In this document: piece after piece, positions 1 through 13,380 of the stretch
Position numbering within the stretch: the stretch's first letter is position 1
Layout: every line of letters begins with the position of its first letter
The notes under the pieces: generated by a model
Databases searched by the model: none
What the model saw: the letters and a program-made list of their open reading frames with translations, nothing else
What the model was told of the DNA's origin: nothing
Translations under genes and position numbers: made by a program
Assembly (NCBI RefSeq): GCF_037392515.1
Contig: NC_090294.1
Location: forward strand, 7,457,870 to 7,521,869
DNA from: Haliotis asinina
Lineage: Eukaryota
Length of the DNA stretch: 64,000 bases
Direction: 5' to 3'

Positions 1-1092
1 CCGCTACAAATCTCATAAGTAGGTCTGTTGCAAGTTGGAACATGCGCAGTTTCGTCTACATCATTTGGCTTCTGGCCTCCCACGAGTTCAAGTTTCTCTT
101 GTCGCTTACCTGATTTCTGATTTACCGCGGTTGACATCTGTTCCCTGTGTCTCCACCTTTTAGGCGTTTGATAAAGAGTTCCGCACATCTTTTACATGAA
201 ATATTTCCACCTTCCCCAGTGTAATATTCCTGAAATAAATAGATTACTTTCTTTTATACCTGTTTAGTTTATTGAATGTATATTAAAAGTATATTAAAAG
301 TGAGGTATGCAGGTCAGTTTGTAATTTTGGCGTTTGATTGGGGTAGGAGTTACTGGCAGAACTCTTACTGGCGTTTTTGTCATTGTGAAAATGAACAAGA
401 TATTTTTCTCATGTTTTATTGGAAGATGCCCAAATTGCACTAAATATTTGTAGGAACTCCTCCATTTTATCTATGAAGTAAAATTTGCCATCATGGAGAT
501 TTCAGTTTAGTTAAAACACACATGTTAAATAGGAAAGTGACATTTAAAGGAGTTTTTACCTTCATATTGTTGTGCAACTTGAAACTTGGGGTATATATTG
601 ACCTCTGAGCAAATGCAAATAGATTCATTCCTCTAAAACAGTAAAAGGCATCAAACTCAAACCCAATATTATCATGCAGTGATAGGCTTTCTGAAGTTTA
701 ACTTAAGGGTATACTTGTTGACATCAAGTATGAATTATACTTGTGTGGTGTGTCTCAGACAAAAATCAATAGTAAGAATCAAGTTTACTGCTGAATATTG
801 GGATTACATACTTCTCTTTGTAAATGTTTTGGGCATCACCAGAGTGGCACTCATTTAAGTGGTAATTAGACCATGTTGCCAGAGAGATTGTTCGATGGAG
901 CGATTCAGTCAGTTTAGCTTATGTATTGCTATTTATGACAAATTCAGTATTTGCAAGTAAATATATCTCCAGTGAAACTTCATTTTTTGGGTCTGCTGCT
1001 GTTAAATTTCAATCTTAAGACCTCTGACATCTTTCCATAAGATAAGTTATATGGTGTGAACCCCAACGTTTGCATTTTTTAAAAGTTGAAAC

Positions 1093-1189
1093 ATGCCTGA
1101 CAAACTTGCTGCCTTTTTACAGGCTCCTATGTCAGCAATGGGTGGTTCGGATGGTGAACCAGCTTTGAAGAAGATGAAGGTTGAAAGAG
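1093..1189 (+). CDS. PUF60: PUF60-like splicing factor, putative first coding exon (MPDKLAAFLQAPMSAMGGSDGEPALKKMKVER, donor GT at 1190)
   Basis: ATG ORF ends at a good donor (agag|gtatgc). Its phase (1) matches the phase required by the next recognised exon at 4669. There is no homology support for this N-terminus itself. Confidence 0.4.
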
Positions 1190-4100
1190 GTATGCATTGT
1201 ATTTCGTTTCTGGAGCCTGCTTTGGTTAGATGGAGCTACAGTTGGAATACTATGGGAATGTCATCCTGTCTGCACTGTAGCAAAGTTTACCCAAAAAGCT
1301 GCAACTTGGTTTTCTCAGTAATTGATATGTATGTTGCATGTTATGTCCTTGAATATATTTCAACAAGAAGAGAAACATCTGCTTTGTAAACAGGCTTGTT
1401 TGCAAATATTTTCTGTAATATTTATGTAATGTGTGGCAATAGAGAAAGACATTTTGAAATCACACATCATTACTCATGGATCAAAAGTGTGGAATAGGTT
1501 GATAAACCTGTGCTTTTGCCTGTACTTTATCTTCTATATTTTCAGTTAACCTGATTCCAAGATTGTCACAAGTTTCCAAGGTGTAGCTTGTAGGATGTAT
1601 TTATACACTTAAAAGAATACTGCGAAAGGAGTTGTTACTTGAAGTGCTTGCATGAGTTTGTACCAATAAGGAAGTATTGAAACATCTGAAGTTCACCTGT
1701 TAAAATATTAATTGTTGGCATGACTACTAGGGAATCTGTTTAATTTACATGCGACAATACCGTTGATCATTTACTGTTTCCCGTATTCCTTGGTGTTAGT
1801 TTAGTTGTTTTCTTATAACGAAAGAAATTAAATCATGAATTGTAACTGTTGTTACATTTCATACCATCACAAATTTGCTTGCATGACAAAACCTTACAGA
1901 ACCTGAAAAAAGTGTAATGTTCAGTAATGGTATTTTAGAATGTAGTTTATTTTGTGTGGTGTGCAGTTTTCATGAGCGACAACAGCTAAACTCCATGCTC
2001 TTCCTGTGTTTTATATGATCCTCAGGATGCCAAGAAGTACTCAAAGGGAGACTACTCTGCCTGCGTCCAGGATAACTTGCAATAGACAGAGAAGCATTAC
2101 TGATCATGATGTGTATCGGTTTTACATGTTAATATCAACAGTGTATTGAAGTTACTAGGAATTTTGTGCTAATATCTCTATATATTTCCACAAACCCAAA
2201 GGTGCTTTTTAGACTTTATAAGTACCCTTTATGTGTATTTACAATATCAGAAAAAAATGCTGGGCACATTTTCACATGTTGAAATACATCAAAGACTGCT
2301 TTCTTGTCTGTCAACTTTTTGAATACTATGAATTGTTGTCCCAGTGACATATGCCTCTTTCTCTCCATGTATTTTCAGCGTCAGAAATATTGATGTAAGA
2401 AAATGGGGGACCTGAGAATTCCATCTTCATGATAACTGCTGACTCGTACTGAGTAGCGACTACATGCCGGAATCTACTGTCGATGGCCATCAGCATCATT
2501 TTCAATAAACTTGCAGCTTCTTTGTTTTATCTAATCACCAAACCTACAAAATTTCTGCACAAATTTACCAAAACCTAAAGGTGCATAATTAGCATCACCT
2601 GATGCATAATTTAACAAATAAGTTGTTTTTGTTTTCCAAAAATGTTTGAAATTTTGAATATGGTATGAAATTAATGATCAGTAGACATATGTTATTAGGC
2701 AGCCCGAAATTGCGAAGTAGGCAGTGATCTAATGCTGTCCCTTTCTCTGTCTCTGTGTTTTCAACAGGAGCGTGTGGACATTATACAGTGGCTGTCTCCG
2801 CGTGAAACATGTCTGATGAGCTGCAAGGCCATCCGATTGGCTATGAAACGGTTACATCAAGTACAATAACAAGTTGTTTTTGTTAGGTTCTCAATTGGCA
2901 ACCGTCAAGGTTTACTGTGTATGTTTAATAATGAAAATGGGGTACAACTATTTCTGTGAAAAAAGACTGTTGGTTTGGTTGCTTGAACTAGTGAAATGTT
3001 TTGCAAGCAGATTATCGTCAGGTTTCCTTAGTCTTAAGTATTTTGTATAACACTGTAATTGAGGACATTTTAAGAAAGTTCCCACAATTTGCGTTAAATG
3101 TTGTTTAGTATTGTAGAAATTCAGATTGTATGGGGTACACTTAAAATGTTCTCAGTTTCAGATACTATTCATTGAGATTTGATTGACGTCATCCAATGCA
3201 ATCAACTAGATTTGTTTGTATATGTAGAAGCGATTATTATTTTATTTTACAGATTAAAGGCAAGATTCTGAACTACCAACTGTGTTATCATCCTTGCCCA
3301 AGTGTTATTAAATGGGTGTTATGCAATGCAGCCACTCAACCTATACATTGTTACCTTAAGTAACTTGTTGAGAATATTTTCTTTGTTGCTTCGTGTTCTG
3401 CAACTGTATCTTATATTTGTGTACTGCAGGCATGTTGGTTGGTGTGTGTATACACATAGACACATTGGCATGGCATTTTGTATTATCTTGAAGTGGTACT
3501 GGTTTTGGAGGCATAAGACATTTCAATTCAACATGTTTTTCCTATCTTATTATTTGCCAGATCAAGGTCTGTATTGATTCTGTTGGGAGTTAGGTAATTA
3601 GGGTTGCTGTTGTCTTTGTTGGGGTTATTCTTCAGAAATTTATTGTGGAACTTTTTGTTGTGAACATTTTGTGGTATGAACTTGTCTTAAGTCTGGTCTG
3701 TGTCATACTTTAGCTTCATATATTCTTGAAGTCTTCTTTTTTTGGGGTATGTAAAACCTTCTGGACCTTGTTTCCAGTACATTATGCAGTTACTATGCAG
3801 AATGTAAATGTTCAGACTGTTCATTGCACATGCTGTGTAATGAAAAATGGAATTCGAAGTTGGTGGTAGTTATGGCCTCAGTGTTACAGCTACACAGTGT
3901 TTCATGTCAGGACCCAGGCAGCATTTGTGAATTAATATGGGCAGATTGAATTTTGTCACTGATTTGCATCAATGTTAATTGAGTGGCATATTTTTGATTC
4001 AGTGTGTAGGAATCTGTTGGTGTTACTTGACTTAGTGCTGGTTTCTTATAGGGCTGTAGGTCCTTGAATGCCAAACTCTTGTTTTCTGTTCCAGGCGAGA

Positions 4101-4668
4101 CGTTCAGTTCCAGATGATGTGCAAAGCAGCTAGAAGACTCCTATTTGCCAATTACTAATGATTTCTTTCTCTTCTGTTTCTATGTTTTTCATACTGGTTT
4201 AGAAGCACTAAGTGTCGTCACCTATGAGCCAGGTTAATGACAGCTTCTGTCCCTGAGCAGGTCCCTCAGCCCACTAGTAGGGCAAAAACAGAGGCCTAAC
4301 ATACACAACGTTAACTGCGGTAAACATGTTTATGTGAAGTACAGCCTTTTCATCAAATTGTCACTTGTTTCTGGGTTTTAACCTTGTCTACCTCTTACAC
4401 CTTGGTTTTGTCAGGAAGCCATCTTGTCTGTCTTTACACATAGCATTCAAATTTGCTGCTCATGGGCTTTCAAAGATAGAAACTGGATTTGATTTAAGAG
4501 CTTGAGTGTACTGGATCGGGTGAAATTTGGATTTAGTGTGAAGTTACTATTAGTCGTGATGAGTTTGAAATTTCTGCTGGAATCATTGAAGCCAGGTTTG
4601 TTGGTAAGACAGGCAAAGATTGGCTTTAAGTTATTGACCTTGGCTTATTAGTATACTTATTGCCACAG

Positions 4669-4871
4669 ATGATGATGAGCTGTTTGCTCCTCAAGCAGAC
4701 CAGACAGGTACTGTTCTGGAGGGTCCAGGTGCAAAGAGGGAGATGAAACCATTCACCCTGCCTAAATTAGGATCTTCACAACAAGATTCCATAGCAAGAG
4801 CCAAGAAGTATGCAATGGAGCAAAGCATTAAGAGTGTTCTTGTCAAACAGACAATAGCTCATCAACAACAG
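4669..4871 (+). CDS. PUF60: PUF60-like exon (…[46 protein letters not shown])
   Basis: Acceptor ccacag|at, donor cag|gtaaga. The [23 protein letters not shown] block is near-identical to the vertebrate PUF60 N-terminal region. Confidence 0.8.
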
Positions 4872-5308
4872 GTAAGAAGCTGCTTCCTTGAGCTCGTTCT
4901 GAATATTGGTACAAAAGCTAACAAATTTATCTTGTACATCAGACCGATGTCAGAGGAGTAGTAGTCTTCGTAAGAGGCGATGGACAGGAAGTGTCCATCC
5001 ACAACTAGGTTGATGGATTCAATATTTTCACCTTAGACTGTTGCTCATAGATGTTGAGAGAACTTGCAGAGTTTTGTGCAGTATTGCAGAATTTTGTCTT
5101 GTTTGTCATAACAGTCAAGAAATAACACAGAATGAATGATTTTGTTCGATCATGCATTGGGCTGCTTTGATGATAGTTGTCACTTACAGAAAATGTTGGT
5201 TTGAGACATTGAGAGTAATAGCCTTTTCCTGTGTCATTTTTTATATAATTAAGTATTAATGACCTCCTCTTGTTACGAAAGTGTGACAGTGTTCAATTTT
5301 GTTTTCAG

Positions 5309-5367
5309 CAAATGCAGAATTTCCAGAACACTGTTCAAAGACAACAAGCTTTAGCACTAATGTGCAG
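5309..5367 (+). CDS. PUF60: PUF60-like exon (QMQNFQNTVQRQQALALMC-R)
   Basis: Acceptor ttttcag|ca, donor ag|gtatga. It aligns to PUF60 QRQRALAIMCR, and its phase joins cleanly to the next exon (MCR-IYVGS). Confidence 0.75.
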
Positions 5368-5670
5368 GTATGAATTTTCTTCACTGTACAGAGTTCACTA
5401 CAGTACAAAAAGCCGTTTATACTCTGAACAACTCTGAAGTGAGGGTGTTTTAATTTTGTCTTTCAAGATTGATACTCATGTTTGTAGGTCACAATGTTAG
5501 GCAGTGCTTGAAGTTGCAACTTCATCTGAAGTTCAAACTTTGAATTCACACACTCTTGTCTCTGTTTGATAAAACAAAAATTTCTTAATGCCACACCCAA
5601 GGATAGAAGATATATTTGTGTTATGCATATAAAATCTGTCCAAGCCTTAACATCTATCATCTTTTTACAG

Positions 5671-5884
5671 GATATATGTTGGCAGCATTAACTTCGAGAT
5701 AAAAGAGGACACCATCAAGCAAGCTTTTCTTCCATTCGGCCCCATCAAAAGCGTCAATCTGTCATGGGACCCTATCACAAACAAACACAAGGGATTCGCA
5801 TTTATCGAATACGACGTTCCAGAAGCGGCCCAACTAGCCTTAGAGCAGATGAATGGCGTTATGATTGGAGGCCGCAACATCAAG
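5671..5884 (+). CDS. PUF60: PUF60-like exon, RRM1 ([72 protein letters not shown])
   Basis: Acceptor ttacag|g, donor aag|gtggct. About 70% identical to human PUF60 RRM1 ([72 protein letters not shown]). Confidence 0.9.
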
Positions 5885-7272
5885 GTGGCTTGATATTTGA
5901 CCGTGATACTTTATATTCTCTTAGAAGGACATACCCTATGGTTTAGTTTGGCACTTTGATGAAATTATTTCATGCGTTTGCACATCAGATCTAGATTAAG
6001 TGTTGTCAAATGTAGAGCAATATAATTTTTAACCTTTTGGGAATGTTTTCTTGAGGCTCAGTTATCATTTGGAGAAATGATTTGCAAACACATGATGTAG
6101 TCACACAAAGACGCAGATTTCTAAATTCATTGACATGTAGCTTTGTTGCTTTTTGAATTTGTGAGGCGCTTATGAGTTTTATAAACATTAAGCTTGATTT
6201 GTGAAGAAAGGAAATCGAGTAAGTATATTGATACATGTGTAAATATCCTGCATTCCCTCAGACATTATTTATAAAGGTTTCTCATTGTTTTTAGAATAGT
6301 TTGATTAATCTGCATCTTTGTACCTGCTTTCAAGACCATCAAAAAGATTAAATGTTTACAATGAACTTGGCATACGGTCACTGCTTCTTATACACATTTG
6401 TGTGTGGTTTTTTTTTCAATTTTGATAAGTGAAAAAAAACGTGTCTTGAAGGCTACCTTTCTGGGTATGTCCTCTTAAGATGAATAATTCAAGCAAACAA
6501 TTATGATTATTTTGTTATATCACTATCCAGCTGATTCTTCACTAGACTGTTCTTTTGTGTTTTCTTACCCATAGTTCTGACAAGTAAAATGATAGAAAAT
6601 GAAATATTTTGAAGGACTATATTTGGTTCTCTAATCACGATGTATGCTAATCTACCATAAACCATGCTCTCGAATTTATTATCTTTACATGCGATAATAT
6701 TAGACCTGAAGCTGTCCAAAGACGAAGAGCGCCAAGAGATTTGGCTGAAGGGAGGTAACTCTATGTATTAGCCAGCTGACACTTATGGGTGGAATGCCCT
6801 GGGTGTAGTGTTTCTGAAAAAAAACAAGTACATACAGGCTTTTTTTATTTTAAAACCGATAAAACACCTTAAAACAAGAATTAGTTCATTGTAGAGCTTG
6901 TTTTACTAATTATTTGTGTTGTTATAGCCTCCCAATCTTCAGGGTTTTCTTAATATACCCTGGTACATGTTTAAGTTAATAATGCAAGTATATTAAACAA
7001 TAGATTTTTGTAGTAAAAAGTATTTAGACTAAAATACAATGTTTTCATCCATTCATTCATCATGAACATAAATGTTTTCACTACAACAGAGTATTGCTGT
7101 AGGACGCTCTCCTAGCCTTTGTCGATTTGATGTTTGCACACCGTCATAATGTATAACAATTCTAAATGCTGAACTAATAAGTCGTTTATTAGATTGATTT
7201 GTTGTTGGAAGGTGTGCACCTTCAGTTAAGGATGCTTTGATGCTAATAGTTATTTTGTGTACATTGTTTCAG

Positions 7273-7400
7273 GTGGGACGCCCAAGCAATATGCCACAAG
7301 CTCAACCAATCATTGAACAGTTAGCAGCAGAAGCCAAGAATTATAATAGGATATATGTAGCATCAATACACAGTGATTTATCTGAATCTGACATCCAAAG
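7273..7400 (+). CDS. PUF60: PUF60-like exon ([43 protein letters not shown])
   Basis: Acceptor tttcag|gt, donor aag|gtaggt. Matches PUF60 [43 protein letters not shown]. Confidence 0.9.
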
Positions 7401-7889
7401 GTAGGTTGTTTGCAGAACCCTGATATTGCAGGTTTGAAACATTTCTCTTACATTGCTGCATGGTGATAGGTTTTACTATGAACTTTTATATGTGATCCAA
7501 GATCTCATGGTTGAGAACTGGAGTTTGCGTGATGGGTTGTATTTAGGCATTGAATCAAGGTTATTCATTGTTATGACCGCTATGTAAATACTTTGTGTGT
7601 AATAATGTACATGGTAACTTACAGTTTGAGAAATTAAATAAGTAATGTCCATCAACATAAATAGAAGTAGGTCCTGCCCACTAATCAATGGCATGATGTC
7701 TTTCTCAATATCAGAAAAAAAACCCCATTCTTTACATTGAACTGATTCATTTTAGCTAATTTGTTTCACTGAATTGTCCTAATTTCTTTTTTCAAAGTGA
7801 GACTTGATATCTGTGAAGTTGAGGGAATCCTGCAACATTGCTGTTCGGATGAGAGAATGTTAAGATTTAATTGCCTGTTTGTGTTCCAG

Positions 7890-7961
7890 TGTATTTGAAG
7901 CTTTTGGTCGTATTCAATCATGTAAACTAGCCCTAGATGGATCCAAACCAGGAAAACACAA
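7890..7961 (+). CDS. PUF60: PUF60-like exon, RRM2 part (VFEAFGRIQSCKLALDGSKPGKHK)
   Basis: Acceptor ttccag|t, donor aa|gtgagt. Matches PUF60 [24 protein letters not shown]. Confidence 0.85.
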
Positions 7962-8208
7962 GTGAGTATCAACTGTTTATTCTGGAGGCGAAATATATTG
8001 TTGCAAGGAGAACATATACACACTTTTTATGCTGCTTTTCTAATAGTTTTGTTTTTTAGAAGACAGCATTTCTTGGTATGCAGAAATGGTTTGTTAAAGT
8101 ATTATAACAGACCAAAGAAGTTAGGTCAGATGGAAGTCTTGAATGATATGCTTGCATGCTGTACCATTTTCACGGAAACCTGTATTTATTCAATTCTGTC
8201 TTTGTCAG

Positions 8209-8311
8209 AGGTTATGGCTTTATCGAGTATGACACCCCCCAAGCAGCTCAAGATGCAGTTTCCTCGATGAATCTGTTTGATCTTGGTGGCCAGTTTCTCA
8301 GAGTCGGCAGG
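8209..8311 (+). CDS. PUF60: PUF60-like exon, RRM2 part ([34 protein letters not shown])
   Basis: Acceptor ttgtcag|ag, donor agg|gtaaga. Matches PUF60 [34 protein letters not shown]. Confidence 0.9.
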
Positions 8312-8450
8312 GTAAGACATTTAATTTTAAACCTTGTTGAATATTTTAAAAAGAGACGGTTGACGATGTTGTGATATTTTGATTGTGTGATGAGAATTGA
8401 TATTAAAAGATGGGTCAAACTTTAAAAAAGAAGTGTTGTCTTTGGTTCAG

Positions 8451-8582
8451 GCCATCACTCCCCCAGATGCACTACAGGCACCATCAGGCCCAGGAAGCAT
8501 GCCCACTGCTGCTGCTGTTGCTGCTGCAGCTGTCACGGCAAAGATCACCGCATTAGATGCACAGCAGGCAGCAGTTAACCTG
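8451..8582 (+). CDS. PUF60: PUF60-like exon, Ala/Pro-rich linker ([44 protein letters not shown])
   Basis: Acceptor ggttcag|gcc, donor ctg|gtaagt. Matches PUF60 AVTPPMPLLTP…[25 protein letters not shown]. Confidence 0.85.
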
Positions 8583-8789
8583 GTAAGTTGTCTTTGTCTT
8601 GTCTCTCTCAGCCAGCTTTCTAGGGAACTTCACTCTTTACAGGTTTTGTGATGATGGTTGGTGTTTAAATATTTAACATGTTGACATTGATAATGAGATA
8701 TTGCATAATCATTATAAAAGGTGATCACTGCTTGTCAAGTTAATGTTAAACAGTTGTTTTGATAATGCCTTATTCATGTCTTGTTTCAG

Positions 8790-9015
8790 GCACCACCAGG
8801 TCTAGCCATGCCGACAACTCTAGGTAATGGTGTGGGGTCACCTGATGTGAATAGAAGTGGAGTGATACCCCCAGCTGGACTGGCCATGCCAACTGCTTTG
8901 GGACAGGCACCAGTTTTGTCTGCTCCCACACAGATTGCCCCACCCACAGTTATCAGTATGCCCTCAGTTGCTAGCATTCCTGCTCCGCCACCACCAGCAC
9001 CAAGTAATCCTCATG
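8790..9015 (+). CDS. PUF60: PUF60-like exon, Pro-rich linker with internal PPGLAMPTTLG / PPAGLAMPTALG repeat
   Basis: Acceptor tgtttcag|g, donor catg|gtaagt. The phase links to the neighbouring exons, and the sequence is compositionally like the PUF60 G/P/A linker. Confidence 0.75.
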
Positions 9016-9325
9016 GTAAGTTGTTGGCCACTGGAGTGTTTGTACTCTCGGATCTGTGACTCTCTGGCCACTGTCATAAATCTGGCTTTAAGCAACAAAC
9101 GAACCTTGTCCAATATCCCATGGCTATGAAATGTTAATGGTGGTATTTATGTAAATTTATCCTTATCTGGTATTCTGTGGGTGTAACCAAAGGTTGTCAT
9201 GTAGTAGGAGAGAGACTAGGTTTCTGATGGTCCATGCCTCAGATGCAGTCCTTATGTATCAAAGATGTACCCATAGGTTTATGTGGGTCAAGTGACTTTA
9301 ATTGGTGTCTTCCTCTGCTTTCCAG

Positions 9326-9522
9326 CTACAGCAGCATCTGTTGCATCAGCCCTGTCAGCAATGGCACCGGATGGGAAGGATGCAAAGAATGGAAAGAAGG
9401 ATGGGAAGCAAAATAAGTTGGATGATGAATCCAGTCAGAGTCTTGCTCAGCAAGAGAACATGAAGATCAGCGGCAGTAATGCCCGTCATATGGTCATGCA
9501 GAAACTGATGAGAGCACCTCAG
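9326..9522 (+). CDS. PUF60: PUF60-like exon (…[30 protein letters not shown])
   Basis: Acceptor ctttccag|ct, donor cag|gtaccc. Matches PUF60 [25 protein letters not shown]. Confidence 0.85.
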
Positions 9523-9759
9523 GTACCCCTACATGTTTACCTGGCTGTAGTTCAGATAATGTCACATGTTTTCTCTACCAAATTGAAACTAACAGTGAAC
9601 ATTCTTTGGTTGTTTTGAAGATACTTTGTCACAGATACCCTTTTGTTTTGTAAGCTTTAGTGAGAAATTTACAGGGTTTATCTTTTGGTCCATGGTGCTT
9701 CAGATGTTGATGTTTTTGCAGTGGTACTGATAGTGTAACTAATAATTATGTATGTGCAG

Positions 9760-9949
9760 GCACGTGTGATGGTGCTTAGGAACATGGTTGGCCCTGAAGA
9801 CCTTGATGATGAGCTGGAGACTGAAGTGACGGAGGAGTGTGGCAAGTTTGGAGTTGTTAACCGAGTTATCATCTATCAGGAGAAACAGAGTGAAGAGGAG
9901 GATGCTGAGATTGTTGTCAAGATATTTGTGGAATTCACAGCTCAGGATG
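9760..9949 (+). CDS. PUF60: PUF60-like exon, UHM/RRM3 ([64 protein letters not shown])
   Basis: Acceptor tgtgcag|gc, donor atg|gtaaga. Very close to PUF60 [58 protein letters not shown]. Confidence 0.9.
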
Positions 9950-10260
9950 GTAAGATTTTTAATTAAGTGAAAAAAGCATGCAGTTTATTTACAACTTATT
10001 TATTTTACTACTCTGGCAGAATTTTATGAATTCTTTGTAAAAACAAATTGACAAGAACTGAATTGTCACAGACTAATGTCGCCAAATTTGAAATGCAAGT
10101 ATTTCCTATACGTTTATATGTACACCCATTTGCACCGACTTTTTCAGAAGTATTCCAAATGGAACTTAGTAAAGTGATGGCTATGCAAGTTATCGCAAGT
10201 TGCCTGTACATGTGTTTTAAAAACTTACAGAATAAATTAGCCACTGAAATATTGTTTCAG

Positions 10261-10370
10261 GTCTAGAACGTGCCATTCAGTCCCTCAATGGACGATTCTT
10301 TGGTGGGAGAATTGTGAGAGCAGAGAAGTATGATCCTGACATGTTTGAAGCACAAGATCTGTCAGGTTGA
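10261..10370 (+). CDS. PUF60: PUF60-like terminal coding exon (LERAIQSLNGRFFGGRIVRAEKYDPDMFEAQDLSG*; stop TGA 10368-10370)
   Basis: Acceptor ttgtttcag|gt. Matches the PUF60 C-terminus [29 protein letters not shown]. An AATAAA lies ~960 bp downstream at ~11334. Confidence 0.9.
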
Positions 10371-12379
10371 AAACGCAAGTCAAGGATAAAGAACAACCTG
10401 AGAAAAAGAAACATTGTAGTGCTGGCATGGTGGACGGTATCAATCTGTTATACTTAAGTCAGTATACCAAAGTGTTCCCAAATACTGGTTGGATGGTGTC
10501 TGTATGCACTGTCAGGTGGATATCACAGCGCGAGCTGTTCCAGAAATATTACCAGAAAGTGTCTCACCTCTGAGTGTGTTTGCTGACCAATGTGATCATT
10601 CAAACTGAGGGAAAGTCTGTTATTTGAATGTGGAAATAGTTGACAATGACCCTGTCCTATTAATGCCACCACGCTACAAAAACTAAATCTAGGAAAAGGT
10701 GCTTCTTTTGAGAACATGAAAATTTGACCAGAAGCAACAAGTCACTTAAGATGAGATGCACGAATGCCTGCAGCCTTGTTCTGAACAACTTGTGATCCAG
10801 TGAATATTTGTTTCATGGTATTTTGTTCATTGTGCGATTTGCCATTTCGTGTGAAAGAAATGTATGAATGTGGTATAGTTGAGTTGAATGTTGCCTGAGA
10901 AGGAAACTGACGTAAGATCATGTACCAAGTGTAAATAATGTATATGAAAAGAAATAGTAAGATTGCATTTGAGGTTTTGCTTAGCTTGAACTTATCAAAA
11001 TCTTAAGAGTGAAAAAATCTTTAAGGCTATGTCCAGCTGCTTGAGAATGAAATTCGGAGTGGTCATATAAATCTTGAGGAATCATGTAGATATTTTTAAG
11101 GTACATTGGATTCTCGCCATGATGACCTCAAAACATCTACATGTTAAGTCCGTGGCTCACAATTTGTTACATTTGTAATGTCAAAGCATTGTTTTGTTCT
11201 GTCAAGGAATCGTATTTTATCTTGAGTACATCCGTTCAGTAAGTGTGAAAGGTTCATATCGTTGACATGTGTAAGTACATATTTTAGAAAATGTCCAAAG
11301 TTGTAAAATATGTTGATATTGAAATTTTGTAAATAAACAGTGATGCAAACCTATATTTGACTTTTGCCTATCTTGAATGAGACTGACCATCAGCCTTGAA
11401 ATGAGTGGTTAAGAAAAATCTCAGTTTTCTCTCCCTTTTAGGGAAAATGTATGGTAAATGAGACTGGTATATTTTGGGTATCCTCTCTGTGTAGGGGTGG
11501 GGGTGGGTGGGGAAAAGGACTATGGGCTTCGTTTCTCCGGAGTACAACAGGAAATTTTTCAGTGCCCTTTCAGAAAGCTTGGCTCAAATGAGGCAGAACC
11601 GCAAGTGGAAATTTGCAATTTGGAAATATTTGGCAGTTTTATATTTCCCGGTTTCAAGGGCAACCAAATGACACACCACTGGCATTTGTTTTTGTCTCTT
11701 TTACCTTGAAAACTATGTAGGAATCAACATTAAAAGGTCGCTCTATGCAGTAAACAAGTAGTTGCCTTAAAAAGTTGGTTTCAAAGTCATTTGATGCAGT
11801 CCGTGAAAACAGTAAAATGTGTCCACGAAGTGCATGCATGCTTCAAGTGATGCACTTGATCTACACTGTCGGGAGAGCTTATCACCTGACTGATTGCAGA
11901 TCTATTTAAAGCAACATTACGAAGTTGGCATAAATGTACTTCAGTGGCCTATAAAAGAACATTTTCAAAGCATGCGTTCTGGTGTCCAGCGCCGTCATAC
12001 TACTGGATTAAAGCGGAAAGCGACGTAAAACTAATTCACCCACTGCGATGCATAAGAGTGCAAAACCAAAGAGTACTGTCCATTTTCAACAGTTTTCCTG
12101 AATACCATCCTAACCCATCTTTGCAGCTTTCTTTTTGGACCTAATGGAAGTAGCTAGATGTGTTCCTAGAGTGATACAGTGCCTCTCGAATATGTTCCAG
12201 AAACACGTTCAAATAATTCTGTTAATGAAGACAAAGGTTCGCCACAGTTCTCAAGTCAAAGCTTAGTGAAATAATCTTCAAAACCATGCATATGTTGGTG
12301 ACACAACCGAAAACAGTTAACATCTCCCAGCCACGGGTCTGATAACCATGAAGATATCGAGGTGCAAAAGGTCTTCTGC

Positions 12380-12490
12380 AACGCATGCTTGTCATGTAAG
12401 GCGACTAACCGGATTTGGGTGGTCAGGCTCACTGACTTGGTTGACACGTCAAAGATTCCCGATTGCTCCGATCGATGCTCATGCTGTTCA
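12380..12490 (+). mobile_element. SINE family A fragment
   Basis: Contains ggcgactaaccggatttgggtggtcaggctcactgacttggttgacac, which is shared with the multicopy SINE-A elements at 17.4, 20.3, 28.2, 40.8 and 44.1 kb. Confidence 0.45.
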
Positions 12491-12949
12491 TCACTTTCTA
12501 TATTCGAGTTATAAATTGTGTCATAATAATTTATTCTCTTTGGGACTGACACGCCATTGCGGAAACAATAAAGGAAAATCATAATTTGAATGGATCGCGT
12601 GAGCGAATTTCGTGACGTGCGTGATACTGACAATAGTAATTCTCACGACTGACAACGTTATCACTTGAAGTATTTTCACCGGGAAATGATCGACTTGTGG
12701 TATGGTTGTGTTCATCTAGGCGAGGCCACTCGCTTCTCTCAAAACTATCCGTCTCCACCAGAACCAGCATGGTATTGACCTGAAACAGTCTTCATTTCTG
12801 AGGAGTATCCATGTTAATATGTGTCATCCCAAGCGGGACTGAACTATGAAGCCGGCATTTACGCACATGACTAACTTGCAAGCGTCCGTTAACAACTGAA
12901 TCCAACCGTCAACACAACCACGTACCACTGACCTTTCGATTAAAGTATG

Positions 12950-13380
12950 CATCCATGTCGCAACGATCCGTCTATTTAACAACCAAATTTTCTGGTTACC
13001 ACGATCATTCAACAACCTAAACACAGTTCGTCATCCGTCGAAAACGATCATTCATCTATCAAACATTCATGCAACCGTCTAACCACGATCATTCACCATT
13101 GATACATCACCTGACCACGATAATTCAACCATCCTACCACCCTCATTCATATATCTACCACGATAATTCAACCATCCTACCACTCTCATTCATATATCTA
13201 CCACGGTAATTGGACCATCCTACCACGATCATTCAACCATATAATACGATCATTCAACAATTGAACCACGCTGATTCGACCATCTTACCACGATAATTTA
13301 ACCATCTAAACACGATCATTCAACCATTAAACCACTATAATTCAACCATCCTACCACAATCATTCATGTCGATTTACCCA
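12950..13380. repeat. Degenerate tandem repeat (~25-30 bp unit, ccacgatcattcaaccatcctacc)
   Basis: Visible head-to-tail periodicity with many variant copies. Confidence 0.6.

Noticed and set aside
3302-3577. Short ORFs in PUF60 introns (for example 3302-3577 and 6006-6236)
   Set aside because: They show no homology, have low-complexity or AT-rich composition, and lie inside introns of a well-supported gene.
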